The notes under the pieces were generated by a model. That model was not told the origin of the DNA. It was given only the letters and a program-made list of their open reading frames with translations, and did not search any database. A stretch of DNA of 64,000 bases from NCBI RefSeq assembly GCF_006345805.1, contig NC_043003.1:102052001-102116000 (forward strand), in the 5' to 3' direction. Below, one piece after another: positions 25,801 through 38,692 of the stretch. The DNA comes from Octopus sinensis. Its lineage: Eukaryota. Position 1 is the stretch's first letter, and each line of letters opens with the position of its first letter. The translations under genes and the position numbers were made by a program.

Positions 25801-27633
25801 TGGTGTTTCGGATGGAGATGCTGTGCCTCTATCTTCTTCCTTAGTGCTAATATTGGTTGTGGCCGTAGTAGTGGTGATTAATAATATAATATATTTCGTT
25901 GATGATGACGGTAATGTTGTTGTTCCACTTCTCGACCAATCACCGATTCGCATTGTTTCTATTTAACTCCGCCTATTAATATTTGAACATTTATTTTCTT
26001 AATTTATTCACGCTACAGTCCCTCACTCCTCCATTCAATCTTTTGCTCTTTCGGAATATTATTTAATCGGTCTATTTAATTGTCTTTCTCTTATTCTTCT
26101 CCCCTCTTTCTCTCGTATTTCTGTCTCACTCGCCTTCTCTTTCTGTGTCTCCCTCTTTCTTTTGTATACTTTTCTACGCCTTTCTCTGTTTGTTCTTCTT
26201 ACTCTCTTTATCCTCTACATGTCTTGCTTTCTGTCTTCTCTTTAATTCTCTAATGCCTCTTTTATAGTCCTTCTTCCCCGTCTCCGTGTCTGTCTTGCTT
26301 ACTTTCTTCTCTGTCTCTCTTGTTCACCTCCCTCACACCCTCTGTCATTTCTAATTAGTCTCAATTCATTCCCCCCTTTCTCCTCTAATATCTCCCCACC
26401 ACCACCATTACTCTGGTTTCTGGCGTGATATTTTTATTAACACCTGTTTCTTTGACCCGGTTTACTCTCTCTTTAACTCGTCTTCGGTGAAATTACTTCG
26501 TATATTTACACCCGAGTCTCTCCCTTCCTTATTCTCCAGATTAACTTTACTTACCGAGTGACAGAAGCCTCTTTGTGGTCGCTCGACCTGCTAGAAGTAG
26601 CCAAATCTTTACCATCTTAAAATCAGAAAACCTTGTTTGCATAATGTAGTCCTAGTCATTAAATTAATTAGATAGGGAAGTGTTTAAAATTTTTATTAAG
26701 ACGACTCCCATAAAATCAGATGATTGCTGTGACTGGTGAAAACACGACTTGTTTCAGTGTTATTAGACTCCTTCAGCGAATAATTTTAAACAGCTAAGAC
26801 TTTAGGGCTGTCCACACACACACACACACACATACGCACGCATACGTATATAAAAGAATAATAGTGCAGAGAGAAATAACAGGGACATTCTATTTTAGTA
26901 CTAAAATATAAATATGGTCTCGTGTAACATTAGTAAGCTGCTGCTGCTGTTACTACTACTACTACTACTACAACATGACCTGTCCTCACCTCTATCCCAA
27001 CCATCACAAGTAATTTTCCTGCCCATGTTCAGTCGACGTTTTTTTAATGTTTGCTCTTTTCACTGATTTTGGGATGAAATAACAAATCAGTGAAAGGATA
27101 AATACAACTTCTAGGAGCTGACTAAATGGATATCATAGAAATACTAAACAGCGGTGGGATGAGTGCAATGCAAGATAAACTTAGGAGTGTGTTTTTAGTA
27201 AACATACGTATATTTCTGTCTGTATTTACTCTATGTATGTTTTATAAGGCTGAAAATTTCACAAACTGTTAATCAGAGTTCTTTGTAAGCAATCATCAGA
27301 CACTTCTGTCTGATGATTAGTTTATATGAAACTCAGAATAATAGCTTAGGTTTACTGTTTCTTTCTGCCTTGATTTGCATCTATGCTTTCACACATGCGT
27401 GTGTATGTCCCTCTCTTTAAGTTATTATGGGAGCAGATTCTGTTTGAAGAAAGTGTGGTGAACTATCAGCTATCAACACTAGAATTAAGCAAGTCGGACT
27501 TTTACTTTTCTTAGGAATTCAACAATATTCATTGTTGAGGATATTTAGTAATATGAAGAAGGATTGATGCAATGTAACAATTCCCTTCCATTCTTAAGCT
27601 GGAATGGAAGATAAATAAAACTTTTTGTATCAG

Positions 27634-27707
27634 TTCCGACATTAGATAAGATGACACTAGTTGCAGTGAATAACAACTGGGTCAAGCTAAATGCTACAAC
27701 CAGAGAA
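27634..27707 (+). CDS. Candidate internal exon (xPTLDKMTLVAVNNNWVKLNATTRE)
   Basis: ctttttgtatcag| acceptor, |gtatgt donor, 74 nt open in a phase compatible with the 6356-6431 candidate; no homology recognised. Confidence 0.25.
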
Positions 27708-28059
27708 GTATGTTTATATATATATATATGAGGATAAGATCGATATTTAAATACCGATCTTATCAGGTGACCAGCATGGGAATTTCTTATGCAAAGTCAG
27801 AAATCCAGGATCTAGAATTATCCAGTAATTTTTTTGCTAGTTTATTTTGTCTCTTTTTCTTCTCTCCTGGTGCTGTATGAACATTTAATGTGGTTTTAGA
27901 GTCAAGTTTTGGCTGCTATTTCCAGCATAGAGGTATTTCTTAGATACCCTAAATTATAATTTTATATATGTATATATATGTATATAGCTGCATGTGAAAG
28001 TGAGAATGACCGTACTAAGTTTCCTTATTGTTTGGAACATTTACATTTACATAGAAATC

Positions 28060-28465
28060 TTTACTTGTTTCAGTCATTAGACTGCAGCCTTGGATCACCA
28101 CCTTGAAGAATTTTTGATTGAATGAATTGACATCAGTATTTATTTATTTATTTATTTTTTAAAGTCTGGTACCTGTTGTATTGGCTTGTATTGCTGAATT
28201 GCTAGGTTATGGCAGTGTAAACACACCAAACACTGGTTGTCAAGTGGTGACAGGAGGGGACAAAGACACACAAATGCACGCACGTGCACACACACACACA
28301 TGAGACAGGCTTCTTTGAGTTTCAGTCAACCAAATCCACTCACAAGGCCTTTGTCAGCTCGAGGCTTTAGTAGAAGACACTTGTGCAAGGTGTCACACAG
28401 TGGGACTGAACCTGGAACCATATGGTTGGAAAGCAAGCTTCTTACCACACAGCCGTGCCTGCTCC
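28060..28465 (-). mobile_element. SINE family B copy
   Basis: Reverse complement of head (cagtgggactgaacctggaaccat), core and 3' tail (tttcagtcattagactgcagcc). Confidence 0.75.
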
Positions 28466-29516
28466 TATATCTACAAGAATTATTAGAATAAAACAGCATA
28501 CATGGAATAGTGATTGTGTTTGTTAAAAGTTTTCACTACTTAAAATATTTTAGTGACTTGAAAATCATTTCATGTTTATTGAAGACAGAATAAATGGTAA
28601 AAGTGAGAAAACTCTATCACAAAACTGACCGACAGAATGCTGTCTTACTCCCAAAGTTCTCTGTGAGGTCAATGTTCCAACTTGTTATAACATTTAGTCA
28701 AGCTTCTAGAACCCTCAGCAGAACTATTTGGTGGGAAGATTCACAAAATTTACTTTCAAGCCTACTGCTTGTTTGCTTACATTGAATGATATTCATGTAG
28801 GTGTTAATGTTTCATTGCAAACACAGTCAATTTCTTGTCTTTGAATTTTATGGCACTATATTTTGGTCCTGATCCTAAACTGCGAAGTCTAAGTGAAATA
28901 GTTCAAAACTTGGCAAAAGCTTGGCTTTAACTATTATTTGGCTGCTAAATCTAGAGATTCTCTTACAGACTTATGGAATTGTACATATAGCTAAGAGAAT
29001 TATCCTTGTAAATGATATTTTTAGTAGAGATAATGATAATCACTAAATGAGTGTCACTTAGGGGGCAGCTATTGGGTTACCTAAGAACAATAAATGGCAA
29101 TTGTATTTGTCCATTGTTCCAGCATTTTCTTCAGATACGCTGGCTAGAAGTTGAAAATTTGATGTCATAAACACCTTTACTTAATGTAACTGAGGAGCAT
29201 TGTGGTTTAAGTGGTTAAGTTCCAAGTGAGACGATTCTGCGATAGAAATTTGATACCTGGTTGTATTATTTCTCTTTTTATGAATGTTCATGGAATAATC
29301 ATGAATGTTACAAATCCCTCTCTTCCTGAAGTTTATAGAGTTGATTGCTTATTGATACCTCTGGTCAAGAAAGGTCAATATAATAGCCATTGTTTTATAT
29401 AACAGCTACAGAAGCAGTTCTGATGGGGAGGAGGAATACTGAATTGGTCCAACATAATGTAAAACAACATGCAAATTAAAGCTCAAATTCTATAATCGAA
29501 ATATATTATCCTCCAC

Positions 29517-29519
<3 letters not shown>

Positions 29520-29581
<62 letters not shown>

Positions 29582-29609
29582 CAGGAACTACATGATATAT
29601 GTAGTTTCC

Positions 29610-29651
<42 letters not shown>

Positions 29652-29676
29652 GAACTACATGATGTATGTATGTATG

Positions 29677-29736
<60 letters not shown>

Positions 29737-29766
29737 CATACATACATATATCATGTAGTTCCTGTA
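29520..29766. repeat. (CT)n/(TA)n microsatellite with iterated inverted copies of a 16-mer
   Basis: tacaggaactacatga at 29580 and 29647, its reverse complement at 29751-29766; 29647-29766 is a near-perfect 120-bp palindrome. Confidence 0.95.
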
Positions 29767-29891
29767 TGGTTAAGAAATTCTCTTTGTAGTTACAAGGTAC
29801 CAAGTTCAATTTTATTGTCCGGCATCATGGGTAAATCTAGTTTTCTAAAGCCATGAGTCAATTGAAACCCTATTGAATACAATAGAGGTCA

Positions 29892-29924
<33 letters not shown>

Positions 29925-31935
29925 TGTGTATGTGTGTATGAGAATCTCAAATCTCACAGATGCATGAAATTACAAGATCAACATTTATTTAGAAAACCTT
30001 TTTGGGAACCAATGCCTTTTGTAAATTAAGGAACATAAAGAGATTTCAACAAAAAACCCCAAAAAAACAACAACAAAAAAACAAATTAGCATCTCTGTTC
30101 ATCTTCTAAAGCAGATGACTTCACCTTCACTAAGGCATCTTAGTCAACTTCCTGCTTTCCACATGTCCTCAAATCATTATTTGTGGTGGGTCAAAGAAAC
30201 AAAAGAAGACTTTACATTTAAAATTTTTTAACAGGATCAAGATTGGGTCTGTTTGATTGGATGACATTTAATCATAAAAAAAGAAGTCAAAAGTTAAAAT
30301 TTCATAATGGCATATTTCTTATTATTAAGATGGCACAATTATTAGTATGCTAGGCAGAATGCTTAGTGGTATTTTGTCTGTCTTTATGTTCTGAGTTCAG
30401 ATTTTGCTGAGGTCAACTTTGCCTTTCATCCTTTCGGAGTTGATAAAATAAGTACCAGTTGAGTACTGGGGTCAATGTAATTGACTCCCCCCCCATTGCT
30501 GGCCATGTGCCAAAATTTGAAATTTTTTATTAATGATAATAATAATTTCTCCAAAAATGGACATGACTTTTGTAACTTAGAATGAAGAACAACATCTAAA
30601 ATTTTTTTAAAAGAATCAGATCTGATGTGACAAACCATTCCATGAAATAAACAGTCTCAAGAACGATTTTTCAATTAAATCAACTCCAGTTCATACGTTG
30701 ACTGCCAGTCATTGTATTGGCTCTTGATGATGAAAGGCAAAGTGGATTTTGATAGTAACATAAAAGAATGTAACTAAATACCTATAATCAATAACACTAA
30801 AAGTAATAATGAGCCAGGTCAAGAGATTACATAGAGCCTCGTTGAAGTCTCATCCTGCTTGAGTGAAAGCAAATACTCAGGTGAGACAAAAAGGTAAAAA
30901 AAAATTGTATCCTTGAGCAAAGATTTAAAACTGATGTCAAATTTCCATGGGATTATCATTAGAGTTGTTGATATGGAGGAGTGTGTCTGTTGAAATCATG
31001 TATAATAATCATTACACTTAATCATTTAAGTGTAATGAAGTGACTTGGGTTTCAGTCTCATCAGGTTGTTATGTAAAAAGATTGAAAAAAATGAACATGA
31101 CAACCTGGATGGAAAACAATAGGTACGTTAATTTAACATCTTCAATGCATGGTGCATTGAGCTAATTTGGCAGTGAGTGTGGGGAAAAATATTAGTCAGT
31201 GGCTGTTATTATTTTTAGGCAAGTATGATGAGGAAGCAACTCTGTTTTGTTTTTTTTTGGTCTTATTCTGATCTCATCAGCAAAGCTTAGACTCCTTTTT
31301 TTATTCTTGAATTATTTTTAGGTAGTTTCTTAATGTATTGGAGTGATTTGATCAATTAATTAAACCTTTTAATTGCAGTGCTCTAGTGTGGCCACAGTCA
31401 AGTGACTGAAACCAATAAAAATATATTTCAAAGTTAAATAATAATAATAATAATAATATTTTCTACTGAAGGCATAAAGCCTGAAATTTGGTGGGAGAGG
31501 ATTAGTCGATTACATCGACTCCAGTGTTTCACTGGTACTTAATTTATCAACCCTGAAAGGATGAAAGGCAAAGCTGGAAGAAATGCTGTGATGCATTTTG
31601 TCCTCATGCTAACAAGTCTGCCAACTCACCACCTATACAACAACAGCTACAATAATAATAATATTAGGGCAAAGAAAATGTGTTCACTATTGAAGAATTT
31701 ATCAGAAATGGAATACTATGCTTTACAGTTGTATATCAGAGAAGAAAACTATTCTCACGAGTATATATCTTTGAAAAATACACAACCAAGCCTTTATCTT
31801 TTTCTTACTTTGCATCTGCCTGCTAGGTTCTGTTGAATTTGCATTCTTCATAGGTCAGTAAAATCGTTTGTACAATGAGGTAAAATATATTTCCGAATGG
31901 TCCACTTGTTGCTTAATTTAATTCCACTACCCATA

Positions 31936-32323
31936 GGCATAGGAGTGGCTGTGTGTTAAGTAGCTTGCTTACCAACCACATGGTTCCAGGTTCAGTCCCA
32001 CCCTGTGGCACCTTGGGCAAGTGTCTTCTACTATAGCCTCGGGCCAACCAAAGCCTTGTGAGTGGATTTGGTAGACGGAAACTGAAAGAAACCTGTCGTA
32101 TATATGTATGTGTATATATATATATATATATATGTTTGTCCCCCATTATCGCTTGACAACCGATGCTGGTGTGTTTATGTCCCCGTAACTTAGCGGTTCT
32201 GCAAAAGAGACCGATAGAATAAGTACTAGGCATACAAAGAATAAGTCCTGGGATCAATTAGCTCGACTAAAGGCGGTGCTCCAACATGGCTGCAGTCAAA
32301 TGACTGAAACGAGTAAAAGAGTA
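31936..32323 (+). mobile_element. Full-length SINE family B (tRNA head, CCTTGGGCAAGT CORE-like box, internal TA tract)
   Basis: A/B-box-like head, core, internal microsatellite and 3' end gactgaaacgagtaaaaga; resemblance to octopus OR2-type SINEs is from recall. Confidence 0.85.
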
Positions 32324-34036
32324 CCCTCTTGATTCATGAATATTTTCCATGGAGTCTTTTATATTAAATTGTTTTCAAAATTCTTCCAATGAAATTGTAT
32401 TCTCTCTAGTTTTAATTTTAATTGCTTGCACAAATGTTCTTTAAAAAAATAATAAACCTTTGGAGTAGCAATTGCTTTTTTGTTTATATATATATGACCT
32501 TCACATTTTCGCATGGGTTACTACGTGCAGCTGGATAAACAAGACTGGTCGCAAAAGTAAATAAAAATCTTTGAAAAGAAGGCCATTTGTCTTGCATTAC
32601 TTTTCTACAGCCAAGCAGAAATAGATCGACAAACTAATCTTTAAAATGTATTATTCACTCATGCTTTTCTTTTAGCTTATGAAAATTCTGGTAGAGGGGA
32701 TTCTGTGTCAGTTGTATATTTATGGGTATCAATGTGAAAGTTATCTCTAAAGTGGGGAGCAGACAGAATTGTTAGCCCATTAGACAAAATGCTTGTAGCA
32801 TTTTGCTCATCTTTATGTTCTAAGTTCAGGTCATCTTCGCCTTTCATCCTTATAAAACAAGCACCAGTCGAGCACTGGGGTCACTAATTGGCTTACCCAT
32901 TGTGCCAAAGTTGCTGGTATTGTGCCAAGATTTGAAACTAATATAAAGTTATCTCTTTCAACATTTTAAATCCATTTGAATTTATTTTTCTGTCACATAG
33001 ACTTTTGAAGGCATTCTTTCCTAGAATAGGTTTTTTTCATCAACATTGGATATTTGTATACTATATTTTTAAATATTGGGATATCATCCTGGTGTATTTT
33101 TGTTGGTACCTGCAGCCTCCCCTGCCATATGAACACCGAATTCTTGTAACATTTTTTAGTCTCTCAAATATGTCAGAGCTAGCTGTAATACTTTCTGCAG
33201 TTCTTACTAGAAAATAATTTTCTTTAATTACAGAAAAGGTACTTAAAGCTTTCAATTTTATAGCCATGGTGCTAAGGAAATTTGATTTTGGTTGCAAGCT
33301 TCCATCCACAAAGACAAAAGAGTTTCCATTTCAATCATGATTCTGCTTTTATCCCTTGTTTGTGTACCTGAAGTTGATGCAGTTTTACATTTTTTAAATC
33401 TTTATAGTATTTTTTTTTTCGTAGAATTGTTCATACTATTACCTAGTTAATATTTAACATTTTAGCACCTGAACTTTTCTTGTCAGTTTTGCCATATTTT
33501 AGTGATGTTAAAATGCACATTATATTTTGGCATATAATACCAAGGTAGTCAAAGTTGTATAAAGACAATTAGAACAGCAGCTATCCACCGTACAACAACA
33601 ACAGCTGCTACAGAATATATTGCTTGTTCGTTGTCTTAATGAACAGTTCTTCTCTCTTATGTCTACATAATGCATAAATATATATATTTTTTTTTTTTCA
33701 GGATATGGGGTCAGTTGACTTTTTAACATTCTTTCTTAATTTCAAAATTTTTGGAGTCTAGTGTCAGTATATAAACTATGTTGATTTGGGACCCAAACAC
33801 TTCAAAAGCATGTTAATCAGTGACTTACTGTATCATTTTCTATGAGGATGATGTTTCTGAATTGCTTATTCTATACACAGCTCTATTTTCTTATATCAAC
33901 CCAAGCTCCTACAAAGCTGGTAAGCTATGAAATGTAGTCAATAGGTGATGTGAAATGTTGACTGCAATTCAAACTGCTTATTCAGTCTTTCAGTAATCTG
34001 TTAAATACATATATATGTATGGGATATGGCTATATA

Positions 34037-34659
34037 TCTTCGAACTTTAGGTCTCACTGAGGAAATGACTAGAGACCGAGACCTCTGGAAGTGTGCTGTG
34101 CGTGAGAAGACCCGGCAGAACAAGTGAGTCCATAACCCGTGGCCTTCTACATGGGATGGAGCCAGCCTACGTATGCATACCTTCCCTTCTTGGGACACAA
34201 AACTCTACTTGTGAAGACCTGTTGAGGCAAGTGAGGATCAGAATCGAAATCGATCAATGGAAATTGCAGATGTGTTACCAGTGCCGGTGGCATGTAAGAG
34301 AACCTTCCGTTTCGCGACCGTTGCCAGCGCCGCCCCGACTGGTCTTGTGCCGGTGGCACGTAAAAAGCACCATCCGTTCATGTCCGTTGCCAGCCTCGCC
34401 TGGCCCTCGTGCCGGTGGCATATAAAAAGCACCATCCGTTCGTGGCCGTTTGCCAGCTCTGTCTGGCACCTGTGCGGGTGGCACGTAAAAAACACCCACT
34501 ACACTCACGGAGTGGTTGGCGTTAGGAAGGGCATCCAGCCGTAGAAACACTGCCAGATTTGACTGGGCCTGATGAAGCCTTCTGGCTTCACAGACCCCAG
34601 TAGAACCGTCCAACCCATGCTAGCATGGAAAACGGACGCTAAACGATGATGATGATGAT
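34037..34659 (+). mobile_element. 5'-truncated RTE-clade LINE (ORF2 end plus 3' UTR)
   Basis: EMTRDRDLWKCAVREKTRQNK* C-terminus, four ~62-66-bp 3' UTR repeats (34281-34500), stem-loop 34562-34601, (GAT)n tail. Confidence 0.85.
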
Positions 34660-34748
34660 ATATATATAATATTGTGTGAAATTTGATTTAGTATTTCTAA
34701 ATTGAATTTTTTTCCCTGTAAGTTAGGATTAATATTCCCTCAAATAAT

Positions 34749-34780
<32 letters not shown>

Positions 34781-35339
34781 TACATATATACATACACACA
34801 TTTAGTGAATGCAGTATACCTTCCAAGTAACACAATAAAATAAAGAACTAGAGCTTAGAGGAGTAAACTCCTCAGGACTATAGGCCCTGGCCAACAGACC
34901 TACTTACTACACTTTCTCATCTGGCCTGACACCAACAACTACATAATTTTATAAATTTACTTAGTGTTACTTTCCTCATTATTTCAAGTACAGTAAAATT
35001 ATGAGGTCAGAATAAGGCAAAATCACGTCCAGAGTTGTTTCCCATATTTGCTGAACCATTGTAGACATTAACTACTGTTGCTTTTCCCTTGCTGCAGAAT
35101 TACTTTTCTTGTTAACTCTCTAATGTGCCTTGGATGAAATATGTTAACACTAATGTATCTAATGAAATACAATGACAAGATAGATTGGTAACCTACATAT
35201 AATTAATGTGGTTAGCATTCTAATAGCCAACATTTTTGAGAGAAGACTGAGCAAGAGAAACGCCGAATGAAAATTCTCTGCTACTCTCTCCATCTTCTCT
35301 CCATACCCGCTGCATCAACCATTTTCTCTCTACATCCCA

Positions 35340-35960
35340 TTAGCCTACATTTCCTCTGCCTCGTCGCGATGCTGCTGCCAAAGTCGATAGTTTGCTTTTC
35401 GCTTTGGTTGAATTTTGGCTTGCTTCTACCAATATAAGCTCTTCAGTTTGGTTATGGTAAGGCAGCAGATGACATATTATCCCGCTCTCTTTTCTCCTCT
35501 CTCCATTTCTCTCTTTCTTCCTTCCTATCTTTCTTGTCTTTTGTCTCTGCTTTTTCATTTCTCTCTCACTCAGTCTTTCATTTTATCTCTCTTTCTGCAA
35601 TACAATCTGTTTGGTTTATCCTTCCTCTCTTTCCTTTTGTTTTCATTACTCTTTCACTTTCTTTTCTGTTTTTTTTTCATTCCCCACTTTAATATCTACT
35701 TGTTTTCTTCTCTTTCTCTCTATATTATCTTTTTCTTTTTTCTTCTCTCAATCTCTTTCCTTTTTCCAGTGTTAACTCTTCAATTTGGCATGAAAAAGCA
35801 GCAGCCGACATCTTATTTTTTCTCTCTTCCATCTCTCACTCCTTTTTCCTTTCTTATGTTCCCTCTTCCTAATTCCCTCTAGCCTTTACTTTCTTACACC
35901 CTTCTCTTATCATCCTAGCTCTTTCTCCTACTCCTCCTCCTCCTTTGTATTTCATTCTAC
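35340..35960. repeat. CT-rich low-complexity tract
   Basis: Polypyrimidine composition. Confidence 0.8.
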
Positions 35961-36159
35961 TACTATCACTGCCCTCATCTCCCCAGTAGCAGATGACGAC
36001 CTCTTCTTGCCCTCTGCATCTTCATGTTATCATCTCCTTGATAGTGTTTCTCTTTTGTCATCTCTCTCATCATATACCATAACATTTGAGTATTTTGTTG
36101 TACTCTAGCCACCAGCACTGTTATCATCTACCACCATCTTCCTGAATCAGTGATGACGA

Positions 36160-36345
36160 AACTCTATGTGGTCACTTGATCTGCTAGAAATAGAAACCAA
36201 ATCTTCTAATCACACCCTAATCTTAGAAGAAGAACAATACCTTAGATAATGTCATGCTGTGTTTCCTGCACATTACTTGAAATCCATTGATCATAGATCT
36301 TCCACTTGATTGGAGCCTACCCAGGGCTAAACAGTGACAACAACA
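36160..36345 (+). mobile_element. Representative of an abundant old SINE-like family D
   Basis: gtggtcacttgatctgctagaaatag...tagataatgt...ggctaaacag; similar pieces near 2930-3130, 4140-4290, 15380-15570, 26570-26660, 36450-36830, 40140-40320 and 41280-41560. Confidence 0.55.
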
Positions 36346-36849
36346 ACAACAACATTACTATATTACCATCTTCTCAGCTTTGATGCCAACATCATTACAG
36401 CATTTATCAATATCACCATCACTGAAACCAACATCACCACCAGCCAACAAATGAGCCACTATGCAGTTGCTTGACTTGTTAGAAATAGCTGTCAAATCTC
36501 TCTCAATTCATGCTTATTGTCTTAAGTATGAAACATGCACTGGAGAAAGTAGTCTGGAGTACATGATGCCTAAGAAAACCTCACATCCCCATCACATCTA
36601 TCCCTTCCATTACTGATAATATACTTCGCTACATGAACCAACGATGGCATCTCCTTCAATAATATTGCATTCGACATGCCAGAAAGAGTTCTCAAATTAT
36701 ATTCTGTTGTTCTAAAGGGGTAAACACATGGCTAATATAGTCCTTAGTAAAATATAAAATATTGGATGGTCTCACAACTGGAACACCATTGATCATAGGT
36801 CTGCTCAATTAGGGCTGATCTGATTTTTATCAACTAACTGCATGACCAC

Positions 36850-37260
36850 TATTAACACTGATCTACCACCTCCATTGATAGCAAACTGTACTATTGCTGT
36901 GACTGCCTTACTACCACCACAGCTAAATCACAAATTGTACTACCATCTCTGATAGAAAACTGTACCACCACTACTACTGAATAACGAACTGTACAATCAC
37001 CACCCACCACCACCACCATTGATGACTGACTTTATTACACCACTTCCTCTGGTGACAAACTATTGTTTACTACACTATCATCTTCCCCTGATAACAAACT
37101 ACAACACTACACTATAACCTCCACTGTCAACAAACTATAACTACCTCTTCCTCTGATAACAGACTATTACACAATAACTGATCAAGTATATTACCACTAA
37201 CACTATAATCTCTGCTACCAACATCACCAGTACACCTCCACTGCCACCAATACTGCTGCT
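36850..37260. repeat. Degenerate minisatellite (ctgataacaaactgtac-like motif in ACT/ACC-rich sequence)
   Basis: Motif recurs about 7 times at irregular spacing. Confidence 0.6.
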
Positions 37261-38692
37261 TTGACTCAATCATACCTTGTTGCGTAATAGCCTGACATTC
37301 CTCACACCACACACTGCTGTTTTAGGAAAAGGATGCATTGGATAGATACATCTTGGCAAAAAGATAAAAAAGGATGGTCATTGCTGGAATGCCTTTAGAT
37401 TAGAAAGGTTTGCTTAATCAAATTGCCCCTATAGTGACAACCACTCTTGCTGAGCATGTATTATTTTTTTCCTGCTGTCTTTGATTTAGAGATTGATAAA
37501 ACTATCAAACACATCAACCTCACAGGTCTTGGAGGACCTGTAAAGGGCCTTGGCTGGCAACACTTTTCTGTGAACAAAGGTTTCCCAAACTAGGTTTCTT
37601 GGAAAGAATTTTGGGCATCATTGCAGTTCCATCGTATGACACCTTAGGCAAGTGTCTTCTATAACCCTGGGCCAACCAATGCTTTGTGAGAGGATACGGT
37701 ATATGGTAACTGTATGGATGCCTGTTGTGTGTGGTGTTTGTATGTGTTTATTCCCACGCTGCTTGACAACTGGTAATGGTTTGTTTACATCTGAGTAACT
37801 TAATGTTTCACCAAAAGGGACCAATAGAATAAGTACTAGACTAAAAATAATATAACTGCTGGGGTTTACTGGGCACCACAGCATGGCTACAGTCCAGTAA
37901 CTGAAACAAGTAAAAGAAAAGAGAATAGAAAAGTCTGTATGAAAAGATGTTTGTTTAAAAAATTTGATTATTCATTCTATGTAATAATGCTATTCACTAT
38001 TTTCAAAATAATAAATTATATGTTTTGTATGAATAAATTGTCTCTATAAAACTTTCTCCTTCATCTTATTAAAATAAGGATGCTGGGGGTTATCCATAAA
38101 AAAAATAGATGGGTTTGGGGATATTTTTTAAAATTGTATAAGGTTCAATGATAAAACAAGTTTGGGAACCACTTAGCAAAACAAGTTTGACCTCCTGAGT
38201 TTTAGCTATTCTTGTCATTGGTCCTAGGTCAATGACGCTGGCTAGCAGTAATATCACTGTATCAATATATTGACCAAACTAACAAATGTGGTTATATGCT
38301 TCTGGTCACAATGCTCTTCCTTGCATTGTTGTAGCTTTTGAATGATGGTACTCCACTGGCTTCGGTGAGCAGTCCATCACAGGGTTACCCATTCACAGCT
38401 GAGTGGACTGGAGCAACATGAAATGCGCCACCGGTCTGGGAATTGAAACTATGATAGCAAGATCATAAGTGTAACGCCCTAGCCACAAAGCCACATGTCT
38501 TCACACCAATGATATAGCAGGGTTTTAATTCATGTATATATCCCTCTCATTATGAAGAGAGAGAATAAAATAAAAAAAAGACTTGAGTTATGTTGTTTAA
38601 AAGCATGATTGTCACTCTGTCACTATTTCATATTATTAATGGAAACGGCATGAATGTCATAACAAGTCATTTCCCTTGATACATCATATTTA

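Noticed and set aside
23650-25953. Many Tyr/Ile/Met/Val/Cys-rich ORFs (also 29506-29856, 60804-63686)
   Set aside because: These are translations of TA/TG microsatellites, which lack stop codons in several frames.
31936-32010. SINE heads as tRNA genes (also 17117, 22308, 57899)
   Set aside because: They have A/B boxes but no cloverleaf and continue into SINE bodies.
33005-33330. Exon-like segments on both strands near strong acceptors (33234 +, 33207 -)
   Set aside because: Conflicting strands, no matching strong donor and no recognisable protein.
34281-34500. CRISPR-like repeats with variable spacers
   Set aside because: They are the 3' UTR tandem repeats of an RTE retroelement, also present at 53100-53300; the context is eukaryotic and there are no cas genes.
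34562-34601. CTGATGA followed by a stem, resembling a hammerhead
   Set aside because: There is no GAAA after stem II; the region folds as the simple 3' stem-loop of the RTE tail.
35415-35882. 155-aa hydrophobic ORF resembling a membrane protein
   Set aside because: Phe/Leu/Ser bias comes from CT-rich low-complexity DNA.
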